NCBI GenBank assembly: GCA_001949185.1
Contig: BDGG01000003.1
Location: forward strand, 2,587,158 to 2,651,157
Length of the DNA: 64,000 nucleotides
Source of the DNA: Ramazzottius varieornatus
Lineage: Eukaryota; Animalia; Tardigrada
Reading direction: 5' to 3'
A program made the position numbers and the translations under genes. The notes under the pieces are model-generated. The model saw only the letters and a program-made list of their open reading frames with translations, was not told where the DNA came from and did not search any database. Positions 1 to 10,703 of this stretch are shown piece by piece. Every line of letters starts with the position of its first letter. Position 1 is the stretch's first letter.

Positions 1-224
1 TCGCGCCTGTACGAATATTGCATGTTTGGGTGACGCATTGGACCTGTTTCGCAAGTTACGTGCCGACCAAAATTGTATAAAATCATGTGATATTATACAA
101 TCCAAATTCTATGCAAAAAACGTTTCGCAGTTGGCGGCATGAGATAGAGATTAAAGAAACAGAAGTGCGCCACTTACGCGGGAAACCGAAAATGCGTTAC
201 TTTCTCCGGGTCTATTTGCCGTTC

Positions 225-290
225 TCGGACACTCTTTTAAACCATAGTTCCCGTCCTCGGACACTCTTTTAAACCATAGTTCCGTCCTCG
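225..290. repeat. Short direct tandem duplication (~32 bp x2)
   Basis: tcggacactcttttaaaccatagttc(c)cgtcc occurs twice head-to-tail. Confidence 0.85.
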
Positions 291-1660
291 GTAATCACGC
301 AATTATGGCTCGATACAACATACTCACCAGGCTCGTGGCTAGTGGAATGGCAGATGGATTGTTGGCGTCTCGACTGAAGGCTCGTCATTTTCATGCGTTT
401 CTCCGTGGTCCTTTGCGCTTGGAAGTTTACTTGACTGCTCACGCAGAAACGTAGTCAACAAACCGATTAAAGGCGCCACTTAACAAGGGTAAGAAAGCAA
501 GCTTTCCTCGGCGTTGCTTCATCATGAATTACCTTTTGATTGCACAGTCGGATTCCTGAGGGTTCACAATCGAATACCCTTATTATTTCTTGGAGCACTT
601 CCGGTTGAACGCATCTATGTCTTCCGTTTGAATAATTTACCCCTGAGAAAATGGAAGTCAAATATGCATCACTGAAAATGGGTCTTACTACTCTGCGTAT
701 ACCGGTACGTGTACTGGAACAGTATTCGAAGTACGTCAAGGCTACAGGCGTTCTTGATCTGATCGAAGACTGCACCGAAATTTACTTTCCTTGGCTATCT
801 AAACGAGATATCTCAAGTTTCCACCTGACCTGTTATATTTTTAATAATCTACACCACGCAGAATATTCCAGTCAAAAATACGCGTTTGTCTCGGAAAAAG
901 TTCTGGTACGAAAGTAGGCAGTATACTGACAAGATGACCCGGTGCCATTACACCGGAAATGACCGACATGGATTTTATTGCACCACAGGACCGGTCGAAC
1001 ACTACAGGGCTCTACAACGAGTACATCATTAACCGTTGAATACGATAGTGGTGCTATATTGTTACGTGTCATGTGAGTACATTGTAAAAACCGCAGGGTT
1101 CGAACTCCTGAGTGTAATGCAATATGGTAACCGCGTAAGATTTTCAGAGCTAGCTAGGACTTTCGGTTCTCAGCGTAAATCCCTTTTCGTCCGCGTAAAT
1201 CCCTTTTTGCCCTTGATCCATCCATGTTTTCAAGTGTGAGAGATTTAGTAGATTGTCTAACCATATCCGACACCAAAGGCCTTAGTCGTAAAGTGTTCAT
1301 CATGTTTTTACGTCATATGTGCGTGGACTTATTACATGGCGCTGTGCTTCTTGCAGGTTCGTTTGACAATGGAACACATAGAAGAAATACCGATGAACCT
1401 GAGATCGCGATCGAGTCCCTGAATTGAACAGGCATGAAGTGGGCAGCTCTCAATTATGTTACACATGTGGCGATTAGCATTTGCTTGACTGGGTTCGGCA
1501 GTCGTATTTTGAAGTCATGAATAATCCCGGACAGACGTCATGCTTATGGCAGAAGAGAACCAGTCAAAACACTTAGTGACTAAGTTAGAGAGTAAAGATT
1601 AAAGGATAACTGATGGCATCATCGACAAAGTTGTCATTAGGTGATGTAACATGCGGCTCC

Positions 1661-4600
1661 TCAACAGATCCCAGAGACGTCAACGTTGACAGTAGCGATG
1701 GCCTTGGCTCCCGGGGTGGAGCCAGTTGCCGACACCTCAAAAGTTTGACTGGCGAGGACTGGGCGGTAAACCTGTGTGCGAATTTCTCCGGTATTTGAGT
1801 CAATGTAGAAGTTGTCCGAGTTCAGCGAATAGTTGACCGCTCCGATGTCTAAATTAGCCATGTGCGCCTACAAAAAGAGATCACGATGTTTTCCAAAGAA
1901 AGACCGATCAAATACATGTGTGGTACATTTGGATAGAAATCATAGTAGTTACGACGTGGACCCGCGTTGCCTGAGCCATGATTTCTATTTTGATGTCACT
2001 TGTTCGACGTTTTTGCGAGAACTGGTTCCAAAGACCATCTCGGACGAAAAGGTTTCTTTCAGATAATTTTTTATTACCGTAACGACTCCCACTCTTGAAG
2101 TGGTATACCCTGGCGAGCACCTGATAGAGAAATGGTATTTTGGCTTGTCAAAAACCACTCCAGTCGGAATGGCCGCTGATTTTGCATATGGGTCGCCGCG
2201 ACCGGGTTCATAATATGGGATGTTATTGTTCATCGGGTATTGACTTCCACTGTACTGTGGCTGTCCATAGCTAGTTGAGGGAGCTGGACCTATCACGGGA
2301 GGATTCTGCATTGGGAAGGACCCGAAACTCGGAGCAGGTTGGGACGGGATGACCTGTGCCTGTCCACAGCTAACAATAGCCGTTGCGTAGCTTGATGTGG
2401 AGGCCCCCACAGCTTGGATGAGTAAGGCCTGAGAACCCACGATGTTGGTCCCTGTGACGGTGATGGCGCCTGTCTGAGGATTGATGGAGAAGCCCGAACC
2501 ACCTCCAGCAATCGTGTAAGATGGATTACCACCCGCTGTGACAGTGCCCACGGGAGAACCAGGCTGACAAGTTGGTGGGTTGAAGTTGTATGTCGTTTGC
2601 GTGAAACCACTTGAGGAAGGGACTCCTCCAGAGCCTAGAAAGTTAATAACTGTAAGCCTGAGTACTGTTCCGGACTTTACGACGTTGCACACTTTAGTAG
2701 TCTGACTTCAAGCCAATTCCGATCCTTGCGATTCAAGAGCATGTCAGTTACGTAATTCTATCTTTTGCGAATGCAGGAGGGCTTATCGTCTTCCAGCCGG
2801 TCCAACTTACAGTACGACTGCGACCAGTTAGGACGTCGGTAATTGTATTGGACATGATTGTCATCTCAAGTGGCGCACTTTTTCATTGATATTGACTGAA
2901 GGTGTGCGCCACTTGGGGAACGACGATGTTCGAGTCATTTGCCGACGCCCCCAGTTACTGCATCAATTTGGGGGTCTTAGTTTTCTATATTTTTGATGAG
3001 AAGCTCCTTCTTTTCGATCATGTATTTCGTACAAAATCTTCCTGGACGGTAAAAGCGGTTCTTGTACTTACCTCCCGTGCACAAAGCATTGACAGTAACC
3101 GTGGCGTAGAAGGTCCCCGTGGTGGACGCGGCGGAGACGAGGAAAGCTTGGGTGCCCGAAATGACTGGTCCATTTATAGTAATGGACCCACTGGTCGGAT
3201 CAATGGCAAACCCCGTGCCACCAGCAGCAATTGCGTAGCGTGGTCCCGAGCCGGCTGACACGCTTCCCACGACCGTTCCCGATGAACAGGAGGATGCCGT
3301 GAAGGTATAGGATGTACTCATGAATCCAGGAGTGCTCGAGGGAGTAACGGGATTGGTTCCAATTATAGGAACAGATCCGATGACTGGCACGGTGCCAATC
3401 ACGGGTAAGGTTGCGGTTGGAGCTGCAGTCCCGAGGATGTTGTTGCAGTTCGCAGTGATAGTGACTGAAGTAAAGGCCGCGCCAATTCCATTGTATGCGC
3501 CGATGATGACAGTAGTCGTCGAACCCAGGTCAGGGTTGTTGACTATACCGATGGTTCCATCATACGAGATACTGTACTTCAGAGTGTCACTGATCACCGC
3601 ATACTGCGAAGAAAATGAAATTACCGACCAAACGTAAGGAGCTTGGCAAAGAAGTTGGGCAGATCGTTTTTGCACGTGGCGCACGCTTCCAGTCAATAAC
3701 ACCGAAGGTGTGCGCCGCTTCGGGAAACGAGCTTGTCGAGCAGCTCCGGAAACATTACATGCTTCACTTTATGGACAATTAAAACCTGCCATCTTCCAGG
3801 TTTTTTCGCCATGTTTCATGACGTGTTTTCTTACCGTGTTGGCGTTGGTTGCAGAAAGTGTCCCGACAGGAGCGCCCAGTCTACAGTCTGTTATGGTTAC
3901 ACTGGAAAAATAATATCCTAACTTCATAAGTTAGTCCAACTAGTACTCCAACGAACTTATCACTGACGCATGAACAATAGTTTTCGTGCAGGGCGTACTC
4001 TTACCTGTAAGCTTCTTGACTAAACACCGGCGCTCCGGCCAAGTTGACGTTGGCACTGCCGACACCTGCCGGACAACTCTTAGTCCTGATAGTCACCAGC
4101 GTGTACGCTGTCCCCAGATTATTCGTCGCTCCTACTACAAAGGTCTGTGCGCCAGGCGACACCGACGACGATATCTTGATATTCCCGTTATTATCGATAT
4201 CATAGTCACTGTTCCCCAGGATAGCATAGCTAGTGGGTCCGTTATTGGCCGTGATACTCGCCACGATCGAGCCACTCTTACATACTCTCGTTGTGAAACT
4301 GTAGCGGGCGAGGGTCCACGTCGGTGCTGCGGTGGCAGTAGCTGAGCCAGAGGCCGAGCCGTTAAAGATAGCGACGGTCACTTGGGGCTTGGTAGCTGTG
4401 AGGATGTTAATCCTGACAAGACTGTCGCAGGTTTGACCAGCCGAATTGGTGGCGCGGACGAGGAACTCGAGAACGGACCGGGCTTGTCGATGAAAGCTCC
4501 GAGTGACGTTGAGGGTCGTGATGTTAACCGTGGTGAAGATATCACCAGTGGTAGGGTTTATGGAGAAGGTTTGTAGGGATGTATCGGGGATGGACCATGT

Positions 4601-4957
4601 CAGGGCGAGACCGTTGGGGTCGACGGCGGAGACTCGGGTGATGAAAGTGCCAGCTGCGGCGGTCTCCTGGATCATACCGCTGTAGTATGGTCCAGAACAG
4701 ACAGGGTTCCCACCCAGGGCGGTAGCGATGAATTGACGGCCTTGGCGGGTTCGCAAGGTTGAATTTCCTTCGGTCTGAAAAAAAGGGGCATTAGAATTCC
4801 GACACCCATGTTAGACAAAGTGCGGGAGAATGAATGTCTGTCTTACAAGAGGCTCTGATGAATTTGTCAGGCGGTCAGCTTTGGTGGCTACCGTTGAGAA
4901 ACACGAAAGAAAGAAAAAGACCAAAAAGATTAGATAGCAGTTTGAGCGACAGTCCAT
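1661..4957 (-). CDS. Secreted protein with ~6 cadherin-like repeats and no TM segment (~747 aa); cluster gene 1
   Basis: Phase-consistent GT-AG exons 4957-4847, 4774-4005, 3901-3835, 3603-3072, 2634-2078, 1867-1661. Signal peptide MDCRSNCYLIFLVFFFLSCFSTVA, then RQGR-Q. Repeats follow F-x4-Y-x-F...C..G..VG.V...Y.I.....F.I....G.I...V.V.C. The first repeat (GTFITRVSAVDPNG...FSINPTTGDI) is closest to canonical cadherin. Confidence 0.8.
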
Positions 4958-5929
4958 ACTGAAAGCTCCAGAAATCTTCCGCCAGAAACCTGTAGCTCGT
5001 TTGTCAAGATATCTCACGGTTGCGTTACTGATTGACGGATAAGATTTGTCATCGCACACGAATTTGTAGCCGCGGTGGGATCGCCATCTTGTAAGATTAC
5101 TCTGTTGCTCTTTGGTATTATTGAACTTCACACCGGTAAAGCCTGACCAGAAATCACGGATTCATGGTAAAAAGTATCGGGATCGGTGTTTATCTTGCAA
5201 GGTTGTCTAATCTATGCCAGGTGAGCGCCGCAAGACTGTATACGTGTTACTGTTATTCGGCGGACCAGTCTGGTAGCTTGCCAGACAAAATATCCGCTGC
5301 AAGTCAGTTGCAGGCTGGTTCTCGAAACGTACTGTAAATTCGTAGAGAGTATCTGGATTATAACTGCCAAGGTCTCCGCAATTTTTCAAGGATTTCTTTT
5401 CGTTCTATCACGACGCTGACCGGACATTTTTCGTACTTCTCGTTGACAGTGGCGCCACCGGGAGAGCCCCAACTTACTAGAGGGATGTCTCCACAAATGG
5501 GGGCGCCACTGGGTGAACTATATTTATGAACATGACCGAGTTAGATAATCCTTCTGCTTATAGAATTGGAAGGTGAACATCAGAGAGAAAAATTTGCAAC
5601 TGTTGTCGAAGTCACAGATCACCAGGTCAGTTTTGTTTCTGATAACCCAAAGAATGCGCAGTATAGGCAAAAGTCAGCTTAAAGAACAACACTCGGCCCA
5701 GTGCCACAAAAGTCTCACCTTGATGACCATTTGTTTTTCTTGACCTCGGATCGGTGGACGGCACTTTTTTGAATGTCAAGTACAAGAGTTATGCAAGCGA
5801 ACAACATGGGATGAATTCACCTTCCGCGGTTCGAACAAAAGCTCGACGATGAAGTAAAAAACAGCGCGGATATTGTTTCAATGCCAACAGCGACTGCTGC
5901 CTCTGGAGAACTCTGGTAAGAAGGAGCCA

Positions 5930-5935
5930 TATAAA
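5930..5935 (+). promoter_or_regulatory. Putative TATA box of cluster gene 2
   Basis: TATAAA ~85 bp upstream of the ATG at 6018. Confidence 0.4.
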
Positions 5936-6017
5936 CCCCGAAAGTTGAATTAAGTGCTCGTTCACATCAACAGTATTTTATCAAGTCCTCCCTTTTAGTC
6001 TGATTCAAGTGGCTAAA

Positions 6018-7473
6018 ATGGAGAACTTTATCTATTCGATTTTCTTTGCAGTGGCTGTTCTCCAATTCGTTTCCGGCGAGGTACGTCGCAATCTTCCAGT
6101 TTCTTTTCCATTGGTTTCACGAACTTTCACATGTTGTTTTCCGCAGAACTCCACAGTGTCAGAGAAAACATCCATCAGAGTCTTCAAACGGCAAGCTTCT
6201 ACCCCGACTTGCTCAGCTCTTCAAGCGACCCTGACATCGCAGTCTCCCGGCGCGACGGTCGGAACTGTCACGAGCAGCGACCCACGAGGCCTGACGGTCT
6301 GGTACACCATCCCCGATGCGACCTACAACCAGTATTTCGCAGTCAACCCCTTCACCGGAGTTATCACCACAAGCGCTAACTTCAACAGCGGGTTCCTGGC
6401 GGGACGAACCAACTTGCAGTTCAATGTTCAGTCCACCAACACAGCCGGCGGCGTAAGTCGTTTTCCACCCTTTTTGTGTCAAAGCGTGCAAGAAGTGGGC
6501 AGATGGAATAAATCAGATCGCTTTCCAGAGTGGCGCGGATTCTGATTGTGGTTGGCTGAAGAAGTGCGCCACTCATAAGAGTGATCTAGTTCAGTTCATT
6601 TGCCCATGTTCAACTCAACTTGACTTTCGTGCTTCCAGACTTGCGTGACGCCAGTAACCGTCAACGTGGCTGGCTCTACCGGTTTGGCTCCTGCTTTTCC
6701 TCCAGGTGTGCCCCTCCCAGCTCCTCCGCAAGCTATCACTAACGCTTGTGCCTGCGGGCCTGGCTATTATTGTTGGGAAAACAACTGCTATCTCAAGTAT
6801 AATCCAGGTATCACTCCTCTCGGCAGCACCAACAACGGGCTCGGGGTCGGTGGTGGGTTCGGTCACTTCGGGGGAGGAGTCAGTTCGGGTTTTAGGGCAC
6901 CGTGGGGCGCTTCGTCATGTACCGGGAATGGCTGCTACCTCAACTACCCCAACCTCTTCTACACCGCGGTGAATAGGACGACAGGAACCAGCGGTCTGTG
7001 CTTTTTCGGGCTATGCTTCAACCAGACCAGTGCTACCTCTTCGGTCTCAGCTACCACAGTCGCCTCAGTCACGACCGCGACGGTCACAGCTGCGACAGCC
7101 ACTAGCGCTACGGTGATTAGTGCTACGGTCCTTACTTCTGTCACGCCTATTTTCGCTTCGTCAGCGTATCTGTTTATCACGTCGAGTTGCGCAGCTGGCA
7201 CCACAGCAGGTAAGCAAGATATTATCCAATTCATTTAACTTATGCAAAAATTGGAACGTTTAATATTTTTCAGGTACTGTGAGTGCGTCGAATGCTGCCG
7301 GATATAGCATCAACTACGGGAGTGGTAATTTCGCCATCAGTAGTGGCGGTGCAATAACCCTATCTTCGGCTTTGGGCACGGGAGTGTACAGTCTCACAGC
7401 TGTCGCCACTAGTAGAAGTGGTCAGTCGAGAGCTGTACCCGTAACGGTCAGTGTTGTCTGCAGTACCGGATAA
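6018..7473 (+). CDS. Secreted protein with 2 cadherin-like repeats, CX4C motifs and a Thr/Ala-rich linker (~379 aa); cluster gene 2
   Basis: Exons 6018-6080, 6147-6452, 6639-7209, 7274-7473 (1140 nt, in phase). Signal peptide MENFIYSIFFAVAVLQFVSG, RVFKR-Q site, GATVGTVTSSDPRG...YFAVNPFTGVI, and motifs YCWENNCY, SCTGNGCY, LCFFGLCF. Confidence 0.8.
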
Positions 7474-7580
7474 AAGATTGCGCGAGTATGAACGTAGTTC
7501 GCACAAACTATTGTACTTTTTAATTTTCTCTTCAACAAGGACGTTACTCAGAAGAATAAAACAAACATCGAAGCGACGTA

Positions 7581-8297
7581 TTATCTTCTTCGGCCATTAA
7601 GGATAGTTCGGTCAGGTCTAAAACATGCTCCAGCCACGCAGACACGCCCATGCCCATAACCATTATAATTATTCGACAAGCCATTATAATAGTAATTTCC
7701 GTTGTTCAAATAATATGGATAGCTGTTATCCGATCCAAAGTAGAAGGAGTCTCCGTCCGAATCGCTCCATCTGCTGTTCCTGATCCCGTAGTACCTGGGG
7801 TTATACCCGTAGGCGTTGTTCTGAGTTCCACAACGACCATTGGCGCAACTATAGCCTGTATTGTAGTACGGGGAGGTAGGGTACACCGGCGCCGTTGCGT
7901 AGTATGGACTTTGGTAGATGATGGGAGTTTGGTACACTGGTTGGGTATACGTGACAGGAGTGTAGCCGGTACAGGACGCGATGATCGTTACGGGAGCACT
8001 GCTGAGAATACCGGAAGGGCTGCGGCTGAAGACGTTGAAGTTAATGTTACCGGTGAGGGTTGAGAGAACGGTCAATTGACCGGTCGATGGATTGACGCTG
8101 ATGTTGGGGTTGTCCGTTGAGTAGGTGCCGCCCGCGACCGCCGAGACCTGTCCGATGAACGTTCCTGGGGTGCAACTGGAGATCGGGAAGGAGTATGAAG
8201 AGGCGGAGAATCCTTGAGTGACTGTTTGGCCCGAAGAACTGTGGGAGAGGCTGAAAATCAGTCCAACAAAGACGGCGAGTTTTTCTTGCGACGACAT
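7581..8297 (-). CDS. Single-exon secreted protein: one cadherin-like repeat plus a Tyr/Asn/Gly-rich tail with CX4C motifs (238 aa); cluster gene 3
   Basis: Signal peptide, FSASSYSFPISSCTPGTFIGQV...SVNPSTGQL...VTIIASC, and motifs SCANGRCG, VCVAGACF. TATAAA on the - strand at ~8395-8400. Confidence 0.8.
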   Translation of the reverse strand: MSSQEKLAVFVGLIFSLSHSSSGQTVTQGFSASSYSFPISSCTPGTFIGQVSAVAGGTYSTDNPNISVNPSTGQLTVLSTLTGNINFNVFSRSPSGILSSAPVTIIASCTGYTPVTYTQPVYQTPIIYQSPYYATAPVYPTSPYYNTGYSCANGRCGTQNNAYGYNPRYYGIRNSRWSDSDGDSFYFGSDNSYPYYLNNGNYYYNGLSNNYNGYGHGRVCVAGACFRPDRTILNGRRR

Positions 8298-9504
8298 TTT
8301 GGCTGGTTGAGTCCTTCAAAGGTCGAATCGCTCAAAAAATGCCGGAAAAGTATCTCGATGGTTAGGACGGAAAAAGGAGTTTTTGGCTTCAGAGTTTATA
8401 ACGGGCCTGAATTTGTTGCTTTGGTGGCAAAATATTTACCTGGCACTGTGAGCCATTTTCACCCCTTTGTCCTCCTTTGTTGAATGCAATAACTTTCCCG
8501 GAAACGCCCTGTTTCGACGACTTTGCTGACGCGCGATGATACATCGGAATGTGAGTTATTGTTTAGCTTACAGGATTATACGGTATCCGCTATTTTGTTC
8601 GCTGGATGCCTAGACCTACCGCCCAGAAATGGTGTCTACGACCCGGAAGTTCTCTGCGGAAGCCTGCGCTCGAATGTTTCTTGCGTCCCTCCCGTCTGCA
8701 CGGTGACATTATTTACCGCAGGGGAAGAAATATCCATCGCTAAGTGTGCCGGTTTTTAAATGAGAATTAAGCATTAATTGGCGTTAATGTTCTTGGCATA
8801 CATGTCTTGACCGTTGTCCACGCTTATGGATTTCCTTCTGTCGGCGTAGCTTCGTCTACCCTAATTGATATTTCGTACACTTCTTCTTCGCTCATGTTGT
8901 ACATGAGCAGATGTCTGCCTTGAATGTTCTATGAGATCGGACGTTTCGCGTGGTGTCAATTTAGTCTTCTCGCGCCTTCGCCACGAGAAGTTACTTTCGA
9001 TACCCCACCCTCTTTTCTCTGTGTTTCTCCTGTTGTCGAGGGGTTGTTTTGTGTGTTTGCACATTTGCGTACTGCTGAGTGCACGTACTATACGTTTGAC
9101 GTTTCCCAATAAATGCTAAATTAGCACGTATCAGTTTGAGGTCCCATGTAAGCCGATAACATTAATGTAAAGCAGTGAGAAGGAAGAACAGGAAGAAACT
9201 AAAAACTATCAATATGTGTGCAAACCACCACAAGAAAATGAAGCCGGCGAGAGACTACCCAAGAAAAGCAGAGTATCTAGCAAAGTAGCGAGCGAAGTGT
9301 ATTAACTTCAGCGCCGAGTTCATCAATCAAGCAGTCAAATGCATTTCCCGATTGATTGATTGATTGATTTGCTGAATCGAAATACACAGGTGATGCGCAC
9401 ACATGTGCAGTTTGGTAGACTCATGGTACATATTGCTACTAACACCCATGATCCTCTAGTGCGGTGTACTCCGAATCTACGTTTTTTTCTCTTGGGTACA
9501 GTCT

Positions 9505-10119
9505 TTAGCTCCACCTAACACCACTGTACCAAGGATAACCATAGCGAGCTTGGTTGTAAGTTGTAGAAAAACAATAACTATCGATACAGAATTTATCGTC
9601 ATTTGAGCTGGAACCTCCAAAGGTGGTTATGTCGCTATCATAGCACGCTCCGTTCTGGCACGTTAGTCCGCCATAGGTGGTCGACGCACTGTTTGAGGCA
9701 CTGGACGTGAAAAAGCATCGTCCTCGATGGCAAAAGACGCGACCACTGTTGCTGGAATCATCTCCCGTTCCAGTCCAGTAGCAGTATCCGTTGTTACATG
9801 TGTATCCCACCGTAGGGTTTGTTGGACTGGAGTAAAAACCGTTCGGCGCACTGACCATTGGGGATACAACTTGGGGCACCGCCACCGCTGCTGGCGCCGC
9901 CACGAGCAGAGGAGCGGAAGACACGACGGTGGAACCCGGTACTGCCGCGGGAGCTTGAACAAAATTAACGACCTGCTGGAAAGCATCACTTGTCAAGGCC
10001 GGTACATTTGCAGGTATTGTGAGAGCAGGTATACTTACAGCAGCAGTCCGTGTTAGCCTTGCCCAAGAAGACAGGATGAACACCGACGATAAAAACAGTT
10101 TCCATAATCGATCCTGCAT
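9505..10119 (-). CDS. Single-exon secreted Ala/Pro/Val-rich protein with four CX4C-aromatic motifs (204 aa); cluster gene 4
   Basis: Signal peptide MQDRLWKLFLSSVFILSSWA, AAPAAVAVP stretch, motifs TCNNGYCY, FCHRGRCF, TCQNGACY, FCIDSYCF. TATATA at ~10207. Confidence 0.75.
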   Translation of the reverse strand: MQDRLWKLFLSSVFILSSWARLTRTAAVSIPALTIPANVPALTSDAFQQVVNFVQAPAAVPGSTVVSSAPLLVAAPAAVAVPQVVSPMVSAPNGFYSSPTNPTVGYTCNNGYCYWTGTGDDSSNSGRVFCHRGRCFFTSSASNSASTTYGGLTCQNGACYDSDITTFGGSSSNDDKFCIDSYCFSTTYNQARYGYPWYSGVRWS

Positions 10120-10703
10120 TCTAAAGCAGTATGGTGAAAATCGGGAAGATGAAACCCGAGATTATGGTTCACACGTTACAGGTTCTAGTGGTATACCCGA
10201 CCTTGATATATACCGCAAGTCAGCATTCCGGTTCTTCGGCAAACGTGGCTGCATGTTGGCGAAGAATTGTTTGTTTGGATAGCTGCTTTGCATCGATGAA
10301 CTGAAAGAAGTCGGGTAAACTTTAATAAACGTCAACATTCTCAGATCGAAAGGAATTCAGCTTGCCGAAGGACCTTTCACCAGATTTGGCGATGACATGG
10401 AGAGCCGTGTTGCATACATACTGTATATAAGCCCCACACGCAAGAGAGGTCCTGCAGAATCTTTTGAGCGACCTTGAAAACCTTTTATTCAGTCTTCTGC
10501 GCATCAAACATTCGTCTTCCGAAAAGCAGCCAAAACACACAAAATAAGTCACCACTAGAAAACAAGCAGTTGGCACCTAGCAGTGCAGAGCTAAATTCTA
10601 AGGTTACGTGCATTGACGAACTTATAGTCCGGATGGTCTACTGAAGTCAGAATGGACGCAGCAGAATTCGTCTGAAAAACTGTAGGAAAAGCCTGAACCC
10701 ACA

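Noticed and set aside
1-1600. Short ORFs and a possible first exon on the - strand (~394-328, ending at a GTGAGT donor)
   Set aside because: No recognisable product; cannot be evaluated without sequence left of the window.
9340-9372. (GATT)n microsatellite with weak hairpin potential
   Set aside because: Too short and common to be informative.
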